Part shown: piece after piece, positions 5,277 to 15,680 of the stretch
Layout: the number at the start of each line of letters is the position of its first letter
Position numbering within the stretch: the first letter of the stretch is position 1
Source: an uncultured Candidatus Saccharibacteria bacterium
Lineage (GTDB): Bacteria > Patescibacteriota > Minisyncoccia > Minisyncoccales > CAZBVF01
Assembly: GCA_964534925.1 (NCBI GenBank)
Contig: CAZHQQ010000002.1
Coordinates: 1-25,694 of the forward strand
Direction of reading: 5' to 3'
DNA: 25,694 nt
Program-made: the position numbers and the translations under genes
Notes under the pieces: generated by a model
What the model was told of the DNA's origin: nothing
Seen by the model: only the letters and a program-made list of their open reading frames with translations
The model's database searches: none

Positions 5277-7952
5277 TTATTTTTTATTTTTTTTCCCTAA
5301 AGAAGAAGTTTTAAAAATAATCTTATCTTTTTCAAAATCAACAATTATTCTTTCTCCTTCATTTATTTCACCTGAAACAATTTTCAAAGACAAAGGATTT
5401 AAGATCATCCTCTGGATAACTCTTTTTAAAGGTCTTGCGCCTAAGTTTTGATCAAATCCTTTTTCGGCAAGAATGTTTTTAACAGATAAGGAAATTTTTA
5501 TCTTGATTTTTTTCTTTTCAAGTCTTTTTCTAACCTTCTCAAGTTCCAATCCTACTATCTTTCTAATCTCTTCTCTCTCCAAATAATTAAAGATAATAAT
5601 TTCGTCAATCCTGTTCAGAAATTCTGGCCTGAATTGCTCTTTGAGGGCATCTTTTACTTTATTTTTCAAATCTAAATTCTTTTTATCTTTTCCATGAACA
5701 AAACCGAAAGAACCCATTTCTGAAATGTATTCAGACCCAACATTTGAAGTCATGATTATAATTGCATTTTTAAAAGAAGTGACCCTTCCTTTAGAATCAG
5801 TTAATCTCCCATCCTCAAAAACCTGAAGAAGGATATTAAAAACTTCTGGATGTGCTTTTTCTATTTCATCAAGCAATATGACAGAATAAGGCCTTCTTCT
5901 TATCTTTTCTGTTAATTGTCCCCCCTCCTCATAACCAACGTAACCGGGAGAAGAACCAATCATTTTAGAAACGCTATATTTCTCCATATATTCTGACATA
6001 TCAAATCTAATAAGAGCATTTTCGTCATTAAAAAGGAACTGGGCAAGAGCTTTAGCCGTTTCTGTTTTCCCAACTCCTGTGGGACCAAGAAAAATAAAGG
6101 AACCTACTGGTCTATTTTCTTCTGAAATCCCGGCCCTTGATCTTCTTATAGCATTAGATATAGCAACAATTGCTTCTTCTTGACCTACAACTCTTGAATT
6201 AAGAACATCTTCCATGTTCTTTAATTTATTAGCTTCTTCTTCTATTAATCTTGTTACGGGAATCCCTGTCCATTTTGAAACAACTTGAGCCACATCTTCT
6301 TCTGTAATTTCTTCTTTTAATATATGATGTTTTTTCTGAAATCTAGTAAGTTTTCTTTCCTTTCTTTTGATCTCTTTTAGGCAATCAGGAATCTTACCGT
6401 ATTTTAACTCGGCTACAATTTGAAGATCAGCTTTTCTTTGAGCAACTTCCGCCTGGAAATTAAGATCTCCCAATTTTTCCCTAAGATCTTTTATGCCTCT
6501 GATTAAATCTCTTTCGCTTTTCCATTTCAATTCAATATCCTTAGCTTTTTCTTTTAAATCGGCTAAGCTTCTTTCGATAACTTTCATCCTTTTTTTAGAA
6601 GAAGCCGAATCTTCACTTTTTAATGCCTCCTTCTCTATTTCAAGTTTTTCAATTTCTTTCCGAAATTTATCAAACTCAATTGGCTCTGATTCAATTTCCA
6701 ATCTTAAAGCTGAAGCAGCTTCATCCATAAGGTCAACTGCCTTATCTGGGAGAAACCTATCTGTAATATATCTCGCACTTAATTCTGCGGAAGCGATAAG
6801 AGCTGAATCTCTAATTTTAACTCCATGGTGAACTTCATATTTTTCCTTAATTCCTCTTAATATTGTAATAGTGTCTTCTATTGAGGGTTCTGTTACATAT
6901 ATTGGCTGAAATCTTCTTTCAAGAGCAGGGTCTTTTTCTATATATTTTTGGTATTCTTTTAAAGTTGTAGCACCTATAGCTTTTAACTCTCCTCTAGCTA
7001 AAGCGGGTTTTAAAAGATTTGAAGCATCAATTGCCCCTTCAGCTCCTCCGGCTCCAACTAAAGTATGAAGTTCGTCTATAAAAAGAATATACTTACCCTT
7101 ACCTCTGTTTATTTCTCTTAAAAAAGCCTTTACCCTGTCTTCAAACTCTCCTCTGTATTTTGTTCCGGCAACCATTGCTCCTAAATCTAAGGCAATGATT
7201 TCTTTTTCTTTTAATGATTCTGGAACATTTCTTTTAATAATCCTTTGGGCAAGTCCTTCTGCAACTGCTGTTTTACCAACTCCAGCTTCGCCAATTAGAA
7301 CAGGATTGTTTTTGGTCCTTCTGCTTAAAACCTGCATCAATCTTCTTATCTCATCCTCTCTCCCTATAACAGGGTCAAGCTTTCCTTCTGATGCAAGCTT
7401 GGTTAAGTTTTGAGCATATTTCTCCAAAATTTGATATTTAGATTCTGGGTTAGAATCGGTTACTCTTTGCCCTCCGCGAATCTGCATTAAGATTTTTAAT
7501 GCTTCATTATAATTGAGATTTTTTGACTCCATAACATCCCCTTCGCCCTTAACAAAAGAGCTGTTTTCTAAAACTTGTTTTGCTCTCGTGTCTACCTTGA
7601 GAAGAGAAAGAAATAAATGTTCAACAGAAATATATTCATCTCCCATCATTGAACTTTCCTGCTTAGCGCCATCTAAAACTTTAGCCATATCTTGGGTAAG
7701 ATAAAACTGACCAAAACTTTTTGGGTTGATAATTGTAGGACTGTTTCGGACTGCACTTTCTGCTCTTTTCTTAACGTCTTCTGCGTCAACTCCCATTTTT
7801 AAAAGAAGCGTTTTTGCTACGCTTTCTTCTTGAGACATTAAGGCTAAAAGCAAATGAACAGCGTCTATTTGGTGCTGTCCTCTCTTTTTGGCCATCTCCT
7901 GAGCCATTAAAACTGCCTGTTGTGATTTTTGAGTAAAATTTTCTCCATTCAT
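5277..7952 (-). CDS. clpB: ATP-dependent chaperone/disaggregase ClpB
   Basis: Clp N domain, Walker A GEAGVGKT and GPTGVGKT, Walker B LFIDELH and ILLDEIEK, coiled-coil M domain. Confidence 0.97.
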   Translation of the reverse strand: MNGENFTQKSQQAVLMAQEMAKKRGQHQIDAVHLLLALMSQEESVAKTLLLKMGVDAEDVKKRAESAVRNSPTIINPKSFGQFYLTQDMAKVLDGAKQESSMMGDEYISVEHLFLSLLKVDTRAKQVLENSSFVKGEGDVMESKNLNYNEALKILMQIRGGQRVTDSNPESKYQILEKYAQNLTKLASEGKLDPVIGREDEIRRLMQVLSRRTKNNPVLIGEAGVGKTAVAEGLAQRIIKRNVPESLKEKEIIALDLGAMVAGTKYRGEFEDRVKAFLREINRGKGKYILFIDELHTLVGAGGAEGAIDASNLLKPALARGELKAIGATTLKEYQKYIEKDPALERRFQPIYVTEPSIEDTITILRGIKEKYEVHHGVKIRDSALIASAELSARYITDRFLPDKAVDLMDEAASALRLEIESEPIEFDKFRKEIEKLEIEKEALKSEDSASSKKRMKVIERSLADLKEKAKDIELKWKSERDLIRGIKDLREKLGDLNFQAEVAQRKADLQIVAELKYGKIPDCLKEIKRKERKLTRFQKKHHILKEEITEEDVAQVVSKWTGIPVTRLIEEEANKLKNMEDVLNSRVVGQEEAIVAISNAIRRSRAGISEENRPVGSFIFLGPTGVGKTETAKALAQFLFNDENALIRFDMSEYMEKYSVSKMIGSSPGYVGYEEGGQLTEKIRRRPYSVILLDEIEKAHPEVFNILLQVFEDGRLTDSKGRVTSFKNAIIIMTSNVGSEYISEMGSFGFVHGKDKKNLDLKNKVKDALKEQFRPEFLNRIDEIIIFNYLEREEIRKIVGLELEKVRKRLEKKKIKIKISLSVKNILAEKGFDQNLGARPLKRVIQRMILNPLSLKIVSGEINEGERIIVDFEKDKIIFKTSSLGKKNKK

Positions 7953-7992
7953 AATACACTGTTATTCTAATAGAAAAACAATAAAAATCAAG

Positions 7993-9294
7993 TTATCTTT
8001 TACCTAAAGTAATGATAACATTCATCTCTTGATCATCCCTAACAATCTTTAACTGAACATCTTCTCCCGGATTATATTGAAATATAGCCTCGGCCAAACT
8101 ATTCTCTGTGCTTATTTTTTCACTTTCAATCTCAATAATAATATCATCTCTCTTTAGCCCTGCTTTCTCAGCTGCAGAATCAGAGAAGATGGCCTCTTCT
8201 GTTATTTTACCCTCACCATCCCTTCCAATCCAAGCACCATATTCAACTGGCAAGTCATAACTTTTAACAAGTTCAGGAGTAATTAAAGTATAATATATAC
8301 CGATAAAAGGATAAACGATTTCACCTGTTTCTTTAACTTGATTAATATCTCTCTTTGCCTCATTTATAGGAATAGCAAAACCGATGTTTTCGGCCGATTG
8401 ACTCATAGCAACATTAATTCCTATAACTTCTCCTTTAAGATTTAATAAAGGACCTCCCGAATTACCACTATTAATAGCGGCATCTGTTTGAATAACATTT
8501 TCCAATAACTCTGATTGCCCCCCTCCAGAGGCTAAAATATTCCTCCTCAAACCAGAAACTACTCCTGTCGAAACTGTGTTTTGAAATTCTCCAAGAGCAT
8601 TTCCAATAGCAATCACCGTCTGCCCTGCTTGGAGATTGTCAGAATCACCAAGTCTTAAAGGATTAAAACTTTTTTCTGAAATAATTTTAATTACAGCTAA
8701 ATCTTTAACTGGATCACGAGCTAAAACCTGAGCAGAAAACCTTTCTCCTTCATTATTTAAAACAATATATTCTGCATCTTCATCTAAAACTACGTGGCGA
8801 TTAGTTAATACCATACCGTCTTCTGAAATTATAAATCCTGTTCCGCTTCCGACCTCTTGTTTTTCTGTTCCTTTCTGACGATATTGAGGAATTCCAAAAA
8901 TATCATTTCCGAAAAAATCCTCGAAACCTTCAAGAGGCTCATAATATTGTTCAACAATAGGAATATCTTTAGTTATGATTATGCTGACGACAGAAGGAGA
9001 AACCTCTTTTACAGCCTCTATTATCTTTTCTTCCTGGGATGTTTGAGGAATATAGTCACTTTTAATTATTGTCTCTTTTTCAAATACTTTTTCTGGAAAT
9101 TTGATTCTAAAAAAATCAGAATAATCTTTAAGCTTAGGATAGATATACCCAATACCAATAACCCCCCCTATCATCCCAAAGAATAAAGAAAAAAGAATAA
9201 TCAAAGCAATAGCTGGAAACTTATTTTTTTTGGGTTTCTTCTTTTTTAAATTTAATTTCGGAATTTTTATTTCTGGAAGGGAATAAATAGACAT
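7993..9294 (-). CDS. htrA: HtrA/DegP-family serine protease (TM + trypsin + PDZ)
   Basis: TNRHVV, DPVKDLAV, TDAAINSGNSGGPL and a C-terminal PDZ domain. Confidence 0.93.
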   Translation of the reverse strand: MSIYSLPEIKIPKLNLKKKKPKKNKFPAIALIILFSLFFGMIGGVIGIGYIYPKLKDYSDFFRIKFPEKVFEKETIIKSDYIPQTSQEEKIIEAVKEVSPSVVSIIITKDIPIVEQYYEPLEGFEDFFGNDIFGIPQYRQKGTEKQEVGSGTGFIISEDGMVLTNRHVVLDEDAEYIVLNNEGERFSAQVLARDPVKDLAVIKIISEKSFNPLRLGDSDNLQAGQTVIAIGNALGEFQNTVSTGVVSGLRRNILASGGGQSELLENVIQTDAAINSGNSGGPLLNLKGEVIGINVAMSQSAENIGFAIPINEAKRDINQVKETGEIVYPFIGIYYTLITPELVKSYDLPVEYGAWIGRDGEGKITEEAIFSDSAAEKAGLKRDDIIIEIESEKISTENSLAEAIFQYNPGEDVQLKIVRDDQEMNVIITLGKR

Positions 9295-9300
9295 AGGTTT

Positions 9301-10140
9301 TTATAAATCCTTTTTTTTAGACCTTTTAATCGAAAGGATTATAGAAAAAAGATAAACAATGACAAACAAGGGAAATATAAATAAGGTAATAATAAAAAAG
9401 AAAATTTCTTCAAAAAATCTGCCTAAGGAATTCTTTTTTTTATCGTAGCCAAAACTATAATTAAAAATATTTGATTTTACTGGGCCGAGAAATATCATAT
9501 ACATTTCACATAACGCATATTTCAAAACAGTTTTAAAAAGCCCATCTCTTTCAAATCTCCTGGTCGAGACATAAACAAAAGAAGAATTAATAATTCCAAA
9601 TTTTCCTATCTTGGCTCCCTCTCTTGCATAAAGATAATCTTCACCGAAAATAACCGTTTCGTCAAATCCTTTTAATTTAGTATGTAATCCTTTTTTTGCC
9701 ATAATAATACTAGTGGCATGAGGTAAAATCTTCCCACCTAAAAAACAAACTAAAAAATTATATAAAAAGGCATAACTAGCTTTTAGAGCCCAACCTCCCT
9801 CTCTCGGAGAAAGAAAAAAACCAGCTAAATCAAGATCTTTTTCCTTAAATTCTGAGAGACTGTTTGAAATAAAATCTTCAGGTAAGACAATGTCTGCATC
9901 AACAAATAAGAGAATATTGCTTCTGGCAACTTTCGCTCCATTATTTCTAGCCACAGAAGGATACCCTCCTTCAATTATTTTACAGCCAAATTCCTTAGCT
10001 ACTTTTAGAGTTTTATCTTTTGAGTCATTATCGGCTACAATTACCTCAAAATCTCCCTCAAAATCTTGTTTTTTTAAGGAATCAATCAGAAGAGAAAGAT
10101 TCTTCCCTTCATTAAAAGTTGGAATGATAATAGAAAGCAT
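9301..10140 (-). CDS. Glycosyltransferase family 2 with C-terminal TM
   Basis: SIIIPTFNE, VADNDSKD, ARNNG, FVDAD, GED motifs. Confidence 0.9.
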   Translation of the reverse strand: MLSIIIPTFNEGKNLSLLIDSLKKQDFEGDFEVIVADNDSKDKTLKVAKEFGCKIIEGGYPSVARNNGAKVARSNILLFVDADIVLPEDFISNSLSEFKEKDLDLAGFFLSPREGGWALKASYAFLYNFLVCFLGGKILPHATSIIMAKKGLHTKLKGFDETVIFGEDYLYAREGAKIGKFGIINSSFVYVSTRRFERDGLFKTVLKYALCEMYMIFLGPVKSNIFNYSFGYDKKKNSLGRFFEEIFFFIITLFIFPLFVIVYLFSIILSIKRSKKKDL

Positions 10141-10150
10141 AGTATAAAAA

Positions 10151-11689
10151 TTATTTTTTTCTTATTTTCGGAGTTGTCCAGAAACCCATATATTTTCCAA
10201 ACATCCATCTCGTTTGAGCATCAAGGGCAGGGAAAGAAGTAAAGAAAATCATAACGAGAGGCAACAAAAACCATTCAAGGAAAAAGGAAGCATATCTTTC
10301 TTTTTTCTCACTCGGAGGTTTGGGTGGAAGAAGAGTAATACTTAAAATACCAGAAGAAATTAGTCCTATCATAGAAATTGTTAATGCTCTACTAACAAAA
10401 ATAGGCAGATTATAAGCAAGAACGCTTTGTCCAAATGCTCTACCTCCAATGACAATAGGAAGCCACCCGAGTAAAAATATCATAATTGAATTTGTAGCCC
10501 AAGACCAATGTCCTTCAAAGACAGAAAATCCAAGAGAGAGTTTTTTGTAGAAAGAAATCTTTCTATTTTTATAAAAGCCAAATATAAAATATGCTATATC
10601 TCCGCAACCATAAGCCCATCGTTTCTGCTGTTTGTAAACATTCTTCATTGTCTGGATGAAGCTAACGTCACAATTAGCATCCATTGATATCGGATAATAA
10701 AGAGGTACAACTTTGTAATCTCCATTATACATGAAAAAGCCCTGCCAAAAAATCCTAGAATCATCAGATATAATATTAGTTTGGCGAAACCCGACCTCAA
10801 CTAATGCTTTAAAACTCATGGAATGAGATGAAAAAGTTAGAAGTTGTTCTGGCCGTTCCTGACACATCATTTGCCAAAAAGTAGCAGAAAAAGAAAAAAC
10901 TCTAGAGATAAGAGGAGTTTCCCAAATATTGTTGATAAAAAATGGAATTGGTTGAAAGCTACATTGGGTTGGTTTGTCCTGTATTAGATAATAATAAGTA
11001 AGACAACTAAAGTATTTTGGAAAAACTTTTGTATCAACATCAAAAGAGGAATATATAATATCTTCATAGGGAATTTTTAGAACATCCACAATTTCTTTTT
11101 TTGCTTTTCTAGCACCCCATGTTTCATTAGATCCTTTTCCGGGAATATCTCCAGGCAAATCTTTTGGATGACAAGTGGTCAATAATTTAAAAAATTTATC
11201 TCCAAATTCATTTTTAATAGTTTCAGCTACTTTTTCCGCTTCGGGTTTCCCTTTTTCTTCATAGGAAAGAACAACTATCATTTTTTCATTAGGCCACTGA
11301 GAATTCATCAGAGATTCAAAAGATTCTCTCACAACCTCTATGGGTTCCGTATACATGGCAAGAACAACTAAATGATAAATTTTTTCAGAACCTTTCATAG
11401 AAGAAATTATTTTCAGCCAATCTTTTTTCTCATTTTCTCTCATTCTTCTGTAGCAAGCCCTTAGGTGAAAGGAAAAATAAATAGTTCTGATAAGCCAATA
11501 AATAATAAATCCTATTATGAAAAAAGATACCCAGACAGGTTTTAACCAAGAAAAAACAAAAATAGCGATTAGAGTTGTCCAACTGACTAGTCCCGGCAAA
11601 ATTTCAAGAAACCTGAAAAAAACCCTTTCTTTCGGATCTTTTAAGTCGGCAGCACGACTTATATTAAAATAATAAGGTAGATCGCTCAT
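10151..11689 (-). CDS. Multi-TM processive-type GT2 glycosyltransferase
   Basis: FDVDT, SDD and QQKRW (QxxRW) motifs; N- and C-terminal TM helices. Confidence 0.85.
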   Translation of the reverse strand: MSDLPYYFNISRAADLKDPKERVFFRFLEILPGLVSWTTLIAIFVFSWLKPVWVSFFIIGFIIYWLIRTIYFSFHLRACYRRMRENEKKDWLKIISSMKGSEKIYHLVVLAMYTEPIEVVRESFESLMNSQWPNEKMIVVLSYEEKGKPEAEKVAETIKNEFGDKFFKLLTTCHPKDLPGDIPGKGSNETWGARKAKKEIVDVLKIPYEDIIYSSFDVDTKVFPKYFSCLTYYYLIQDKPTQCSFQPIPFFINNIWETPLISRVFSFSATFWQMMCQERPEQLLTFSSHSMSFKALVEVGFRQTNIISDDSRIFWQGFFMYNGDYKVVPLYYPISMDANCDVSFIQTMKNVYKQQKRWAYGCGDIAYFIFGFYKNRKISFYKKLSLGFSVFEGHWSWATNSIMIFLLGWLPIVIGGRAFGQSVLAYNLPIFVSRALTISMIGLISSGILSITLLPPKPPSEKKERYASFFLEWFLLPLVMIFFTSFPALDAQTRWMFGKYMGFWTTPKIRKK

Positions 11690-11690
11690 A

Positions 11691-12614
11691 TCAATATATT
11701 GTCGGATTAAAAGCTATCATCACCAAACCAATAACTATTAAAACAATAGCTAATCCTTTTTGAAAAACAATCTTTTTTGAAGTTTCTTCATTTAGAACCC
11801 CCGGAAAATTCAAAGAAATAATAAAAGAAAAGAAGAAAAGAAAAACATATTTAGTTCCCTCGAGAGCGTTAACAAAAGAAAGTAAGCTTAGAGGAACTAA
11901 GGCTATGGCAAAATTTTGTAATATAAATGCTAATCCTCCTATTGCTTGGTTCCCAGAAAAAATCCACAACGTTTTACGTTTAAAACTAACTTTGTTCTTA
12001 AAAATTTCTGTTTTAACCTCTTTGGATAAAAGGAAGAAAAGAGCGGTGATAAGTCCCCCTATTCTCATCCATATAAATCCAACCCAAAATGGAAAGAGAA
12101 AATAAACAAATTTTGTAAGAATTAGAAAGAGAGCGAATAAGAAGGCTGTTAAAAACGAAATCTCGATACTTCTCAAGGTAGCCTTATTTCCCTTCCTTAG
12201 GTTAACCAAAAATCCTCCTAATATCAAGAAGATAAATGCTAGTATTTTTTTATAATTTAAAATAGGGGAAATCCCAGAAAAGAAATATCCGAGGAAAATA
12301 ATAAAGATAGGAGAAACGGCACCAATAGTTGGAATCACCCTTGAGACTTCAAACTCTTTAAGGGCACTATAAAGAGCAAAAAGAGCTATAAGATGAACCG
12401 AACCCGCCATCAAAGCAAGACTAATATCAAAAAAAGATGCTGGGGCGAAAAAATCAAAAAAAGGAATTAGAAGAATACTTAGAGACCCTAGTAATCCAAC
12501 ATAAAAAACGTAAACTTTTGCTCCCGGAATTGGACCCGAAACAAGATATTTATCAACAAGAGCAACAAAGGCTAAAAGAAAATATGAAAATATTGCAATT
12601 ACGATCCAAACCAT
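11691..12614 (-). CDS. EamA/DMT-family membrane transporter
   Basis: About 10 TM helices in two repeats; ALVDKY N-terminus; ALKEFEVSRVIP. Confidence 0.8.
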   Translation of the reverse strand: MVWIVIAIFSYFLLAFVALVDKYLVSGPIPGAKVYVFYVGLLGSLSILLIPFFDFFAPASFFDISLALMAGSVHLIALFALYSALKEFEVSRVIPTIGAVSPIFIIFLGYFFSGISPILNYKKILAFIFLILGGFLVNLRKGNKATLRSIEISFLTAFLFALFLILTKFVYFLFPFWVGFIWMRIGGLITALFFLLSKEVKTEIFKNKVSFKRKTLWIFSGNQAIGGLAFILQNFAIALVPLSLLSFVNALEGTKYVFLFFFSFIISLNFPGVLNEETSKKIVFQKGLAIVLIVIGLVMIAFNPTIY

Positions 12615-12616
12615 AT

Positions 12617-13963
12617 TTAATTAATTTTATCTTTTTCTTTAGAGATTATTTCTCCAATATTTAAAGTCCCCATTTTTTTACCTTCAATAAAACCATCCAT
12701 ACAGGCTTCAGCAAAGTATCCCTTCTTTAACCAATCAAATATCCATTGATCAGAATATTTAGGATCCTTTTGTTCAATCCCAAAACCTGACATTAAAAGC
12801 CATTCCTTATTAAAATCTTCTTGAGAACCAACGGGAGGAGCAATAATTAAAGGAATTGCTAATGCAGAATAGAAAGACAATTCGCTTGGTTTAGTCCAGA
12901 GAATATCAGTTTCTCTAAGTTTTTGATTAAAATTATTAAAATAATCTTCTATTTTCTCATTAAAAATTATTTCAATTCCTTTTCCTAAAATATCAATCAT
13001 TCCTTCTTTTTTAATTTTGGAAAGAAAATAATCTCTGACTTCCCTTCTAGTGCCAGCTGAAAAAATTAGCCTCACCTTCCCTCTCTGAATTTTCTTTTTA
13101 AGGCTTTCCATTATCTCAAACCCTATTTCTTTTTGGGCACCAGCTCCGCCAATCGCAAACATTATTGTCAATATGTGATCTGTTTTTAAGGGAAGTTTTC
13201 CTAAATATCCTTTTATTAAAGATTCGTATTGTTTAAAGTATCTTTTTTCAGGATCAAGATTTAAGAGACGATGGCTAAAATCATGTTTTAAAATTTCCAT
13301 CCCTGTTCCCCCAATATTTTCTAACGGCAGAGGAAAACCCGTCATAAAGATATTATTAGAGTCAACTCCGTAAAGACTTAACCTTTCGGCAACTCTTTCT
13401 GTTGGAGCAAAATATTTTATCTTGCTAGAAGAAGGATTGAGAGGCGCCCAAGTCCTTGAAGCATCGCTATCACAAACAAGACAATAGATATTGCCCGAAT
13501 AATCAAACTGCTCAGCCATAAAGGCTGGGATAAAGAAAGTAGATACTAAGGGAAGATTTCCTTTTTTGGTTTTTAGTTTCTCAACAAAACTTTTTCCCCA
13601 TCCTTTTTTAATAAGAGAATAGTTCTGTTTCAATTGAAAGCTTGATTTAGAAAGATCCCTTTTGGGATAAAACTTAAATATTTTTTGAAACCTGTCAAAG
13701 AGAGAAAAAACAACAGTTCCTATTAATGGAACTTTTTTGAAAATAGAGATGAAGTCATAGAGCTTCTTGCTGTTTTTCCAAATAGATTTATCTTTTTTAG
13801 ATATTCCAGGAAAATCATTAGCATTAATGACTCTTCTATTAGGAGAAAGATATTTTAAAGGATAGGCAGCTCTTCTGTGCCCATATCCCATACTTACCGA
13901 TACAATCCAGCTTTCTGGTTTTTCTTTCTTGAAAGAAAAAAAATTGTCTTCTAATTTCTCCAT
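12617..13963 (-). CDS. GT-B-fold glycosyltransferase-like protein (MurG/MGDG-synthase-like; resembles the DUF6938 family)
   Basis: VSMGYGHRRAA, GFPLP, AIGGAG, TKPSELSF and PVGSQE motifs. Confidence 0.65.
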   Translation of the reverse strand: MEKLEDNFFSFKKEKPESWIVSVSMGYGHRRAAYPLKYLSPNRRVINANDFPGISKKDKSIWKNSKKLYDFISIFKKVPLIGTVVFSLFDRFQKIFKFYPKRDLSKSSFQLKQNYSLIKKGWGKSFVEKLKTKKGNLPLVSTFFIPAFMAEQFDYSGNIYCLVCDSDASRTWAPLNPSSSKIKYFAPTERVAERLSLYGVDSNNIFMTGFPLPLENIGGTGMEILKHDFSHRLLNLDPEKRYFKQYESLIKGYLGKLPLKTDHILTIMFAIGGAGAQKEIGFEIMESLKKKIQRGKVRLIFSAGTRREVRDYFLSKIKKEGMIDILGKGIEIIFNEKIEDYFNNFNQKLRETDILWTKPSELSFYSALAIPLIIAPPVGSQEDFNKEWLLMSGFGIEQKDPKYSDQWIFDWLKKGYFAEACMDGFIEGKKMGTLNIGEIISKEKDKIN

Positions 13964-13969
13964 TATTGT

Positions 13970-13978
13970 ATTTTACCA
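13970..13978 (-). promoter_or_regulatory. Extended -10 promoter, leaderless start
   Basis: TGGTAAAAT followed 6 nt later by the ATG at 13963. Confidence 0.55.
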
Positions 13979-14035
13979 TAAGAAACATAAAAAGATTAAA
14001 AGAAACACTATCAGTGTCTCTGCGCCATCAAAAAT

Positions 14036-14064
14036 TTGACAAAAAGAATTTAGTGTCCTATAAC
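14036..14064 (+). promoter_or_regulatory. Sigma70-type promoter
   Basis: TTGACA (14036-41), 17 bp, TATAAC (14059-64). Confidence 0.7.
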
Positions 14065-14148
14065 AAAAATATCATACAATGTAGCTTAACAATAGAATAC
14101 AGATTGAAAGGATTACAAGTATAAAATAAATAAAGGAGGGTAAGGAAA

Positions 14149-15630
14149 ATGAAAAAATTGATAGTAGTCCCAATGATTCTGATAGTCTTATTTACGGCTA
14201 TAGTAGCTTGTGCTTACGAAAACCAGAGGATTGAAACCGAATTCGAAGGAATGTCTACCCAAATGGATGAAACCGCAATAATCTCAAACGATGTTTATAT
14301 CAAAAAACACGTTGCTAGACCTTGGTTTTTCTTAGTAGAGATAACCCTGAAAAACATCGGGAAAGAGGAAAAGGTTTTTGATTTTTGGAATGATTTAAAG
14401 TTTTATGCCCAGGACAGTGAAGGAGAAATCTACAAAAAGGTTGAGGTGTATACCGAAAAAAAAGTACTTAAAGATATCCACAAGCTTAAGCTTGGACCTG
14501 GTCAATCTCAAAAACTTTGGATTCATTTTCACGGAGTCCCAATGGAAATTAAAGGTTTGAGAGTTCTCTACGAAGACATTATCAAAAAAAAGCGAATCTT
14601 AATTACAATTATTGGGAAAGAATACTTTGAAGTTTTTGCTAAAACACAAAAGAATCCAAAAACTCCAGGAGAGGTATTGGCGACATTCTATCTGCTGACC
14701 AAAGAAGGAAGATATCAAGAAGCCGAAAAATTAGTATCTCTATCTTCTCTAGAAAATTACCGATTCAACCAATCAGCAATAAAGGAATTTATGACCACTG
14801 CCGAAAGAATAGATGTGATAAATGAAGATTTTCTTGAAGCTGACTATTGGAATATCACCGTAAAATTTCCGGATAATCCACGTGGATTTATTGGAGTTTA
14901 CAATTGTTTTGGAGAAGAGAGGCTCAATGAAATAAGCAGTGGAGGACCTATAAATGTTCCTATGGAAGTTGAAGGCGTAAGAAATCAAAGAGTTGAATTG
15001 ATAGCAATTAACGGAGAATATAAGGCAGGCGAAGAAGTAATGATTTCCTTCGCCATCAACTATGCAAACAATAAATACTCAGACTGCAATGCAAGACTTA
15101 CAAAGCAAAATAAACAATGGAAGATTGTATATGACAAAACGTTTGCTAGAACACCAAAAGATCCAAAGACTTTAGAAGAACTAACCGCAGCATTTTACTT
15201 TTTGACCAAAGAAGGAAAATATAAAGAAGTTGAAAAAATGATAACCCCAGAATGTGTAGAAGATTACCACTCGAGTTGGAAGAAAATAAAAGAATACATG
15301 GGATTGGTTCAAAGCATGGAGATAACGGACAAAAAGGTACTCCGGTTTGATTACTGGCATGTGAGTCTTTACTGCGTTAAAGATAAGACTAATAAGGATT
15401 GTTATGTAGGAAAAGACATAATGGAAAGAATAAAAAAAGGAGAGACGATAAGTCTTTATGACATGGGAACTCAAAAAGTAGAGTTACTATCAATTAATGA
15501 AGAATACAAAGCAAATAGCGAAGCGATCGTTTATTTTAAATTTAACCACTATGGAGGAGAAGACAATAAATCTAGAAGCCATCTTAAATTTATAAAAGAA
15601 AATAAAAGATGGAAAATAATAAGTGGTTAG
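14149..15630 (+). CDS. Secreted/surface protein with N-terminal DUF4352-like Ig domain and two ~165-aa internal repeats
   Basis: Signal peptide MKKLIVVPMILIVLFTAIVACA; AGGAGG SD at 14134-39. Repeats start FAKTQKNPKT (aa163) and FARTPKDPKT (aa332), sharing FY.LTKEG.Y.E.EK, DYW, Q.VEL..IN.EYKA and K.WKI. Confidence 0.8.
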   Translation: MKKLIVVPMILIVLFTAIVACAYENQRIETEFEGMSTQMDETAIISNDVYIKKHVARPWFFLVEITLKNIGKEEKVFDFWNDLKFYAQDSEGEIYKKVEVYTEKKVLKDIHKLKLGPGQSQKLWIHFHGVPMEIKGLRVLYEDIIKKKRILITIIGKEYFEVFAKTQKNPKTPGEVLATFYLLTKEGRYQEAEKLVSLSSLENYRFNQSAIKEFMTTAERIDVINEDFLEADYWNITVKFPDNPRGFIGVYNCFGEERLNEISSGGPINVPMEVEGVRNQRVELIAINGEYKAGEEVMISFAINYANNKYSDCNARLTKQNKQWKIVYDKTFARTPKDPKTLEELTAAFYFLTKEGKYKEVEKMITPECVEDYHSSWKKIKEYMGLVQSMEITDKKVLRFDYWHVSLYCVKDKTNKDCYVGKDIMERIKKGETISLYDMGTQKVELLSINEEYKANSEAIVYFKFNHYGGEDNKSRSHLKFIKENKRWKIISG

Positions 15631-15640
15631 AACTAAAACG

Positions 15641-15680
15641 AAAAGGCACCATCTAATATCTAAGATAGTGCCTTTTTTCT
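15641..15680. terminator. Bidirectional terminator between convergent genes
   Basis: AAAAGGCAC (15641-49)...GTGCCTTTT (15668-76) with inner ATCT/AGAT, followed by a T-tract. Confidence 0.7.
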
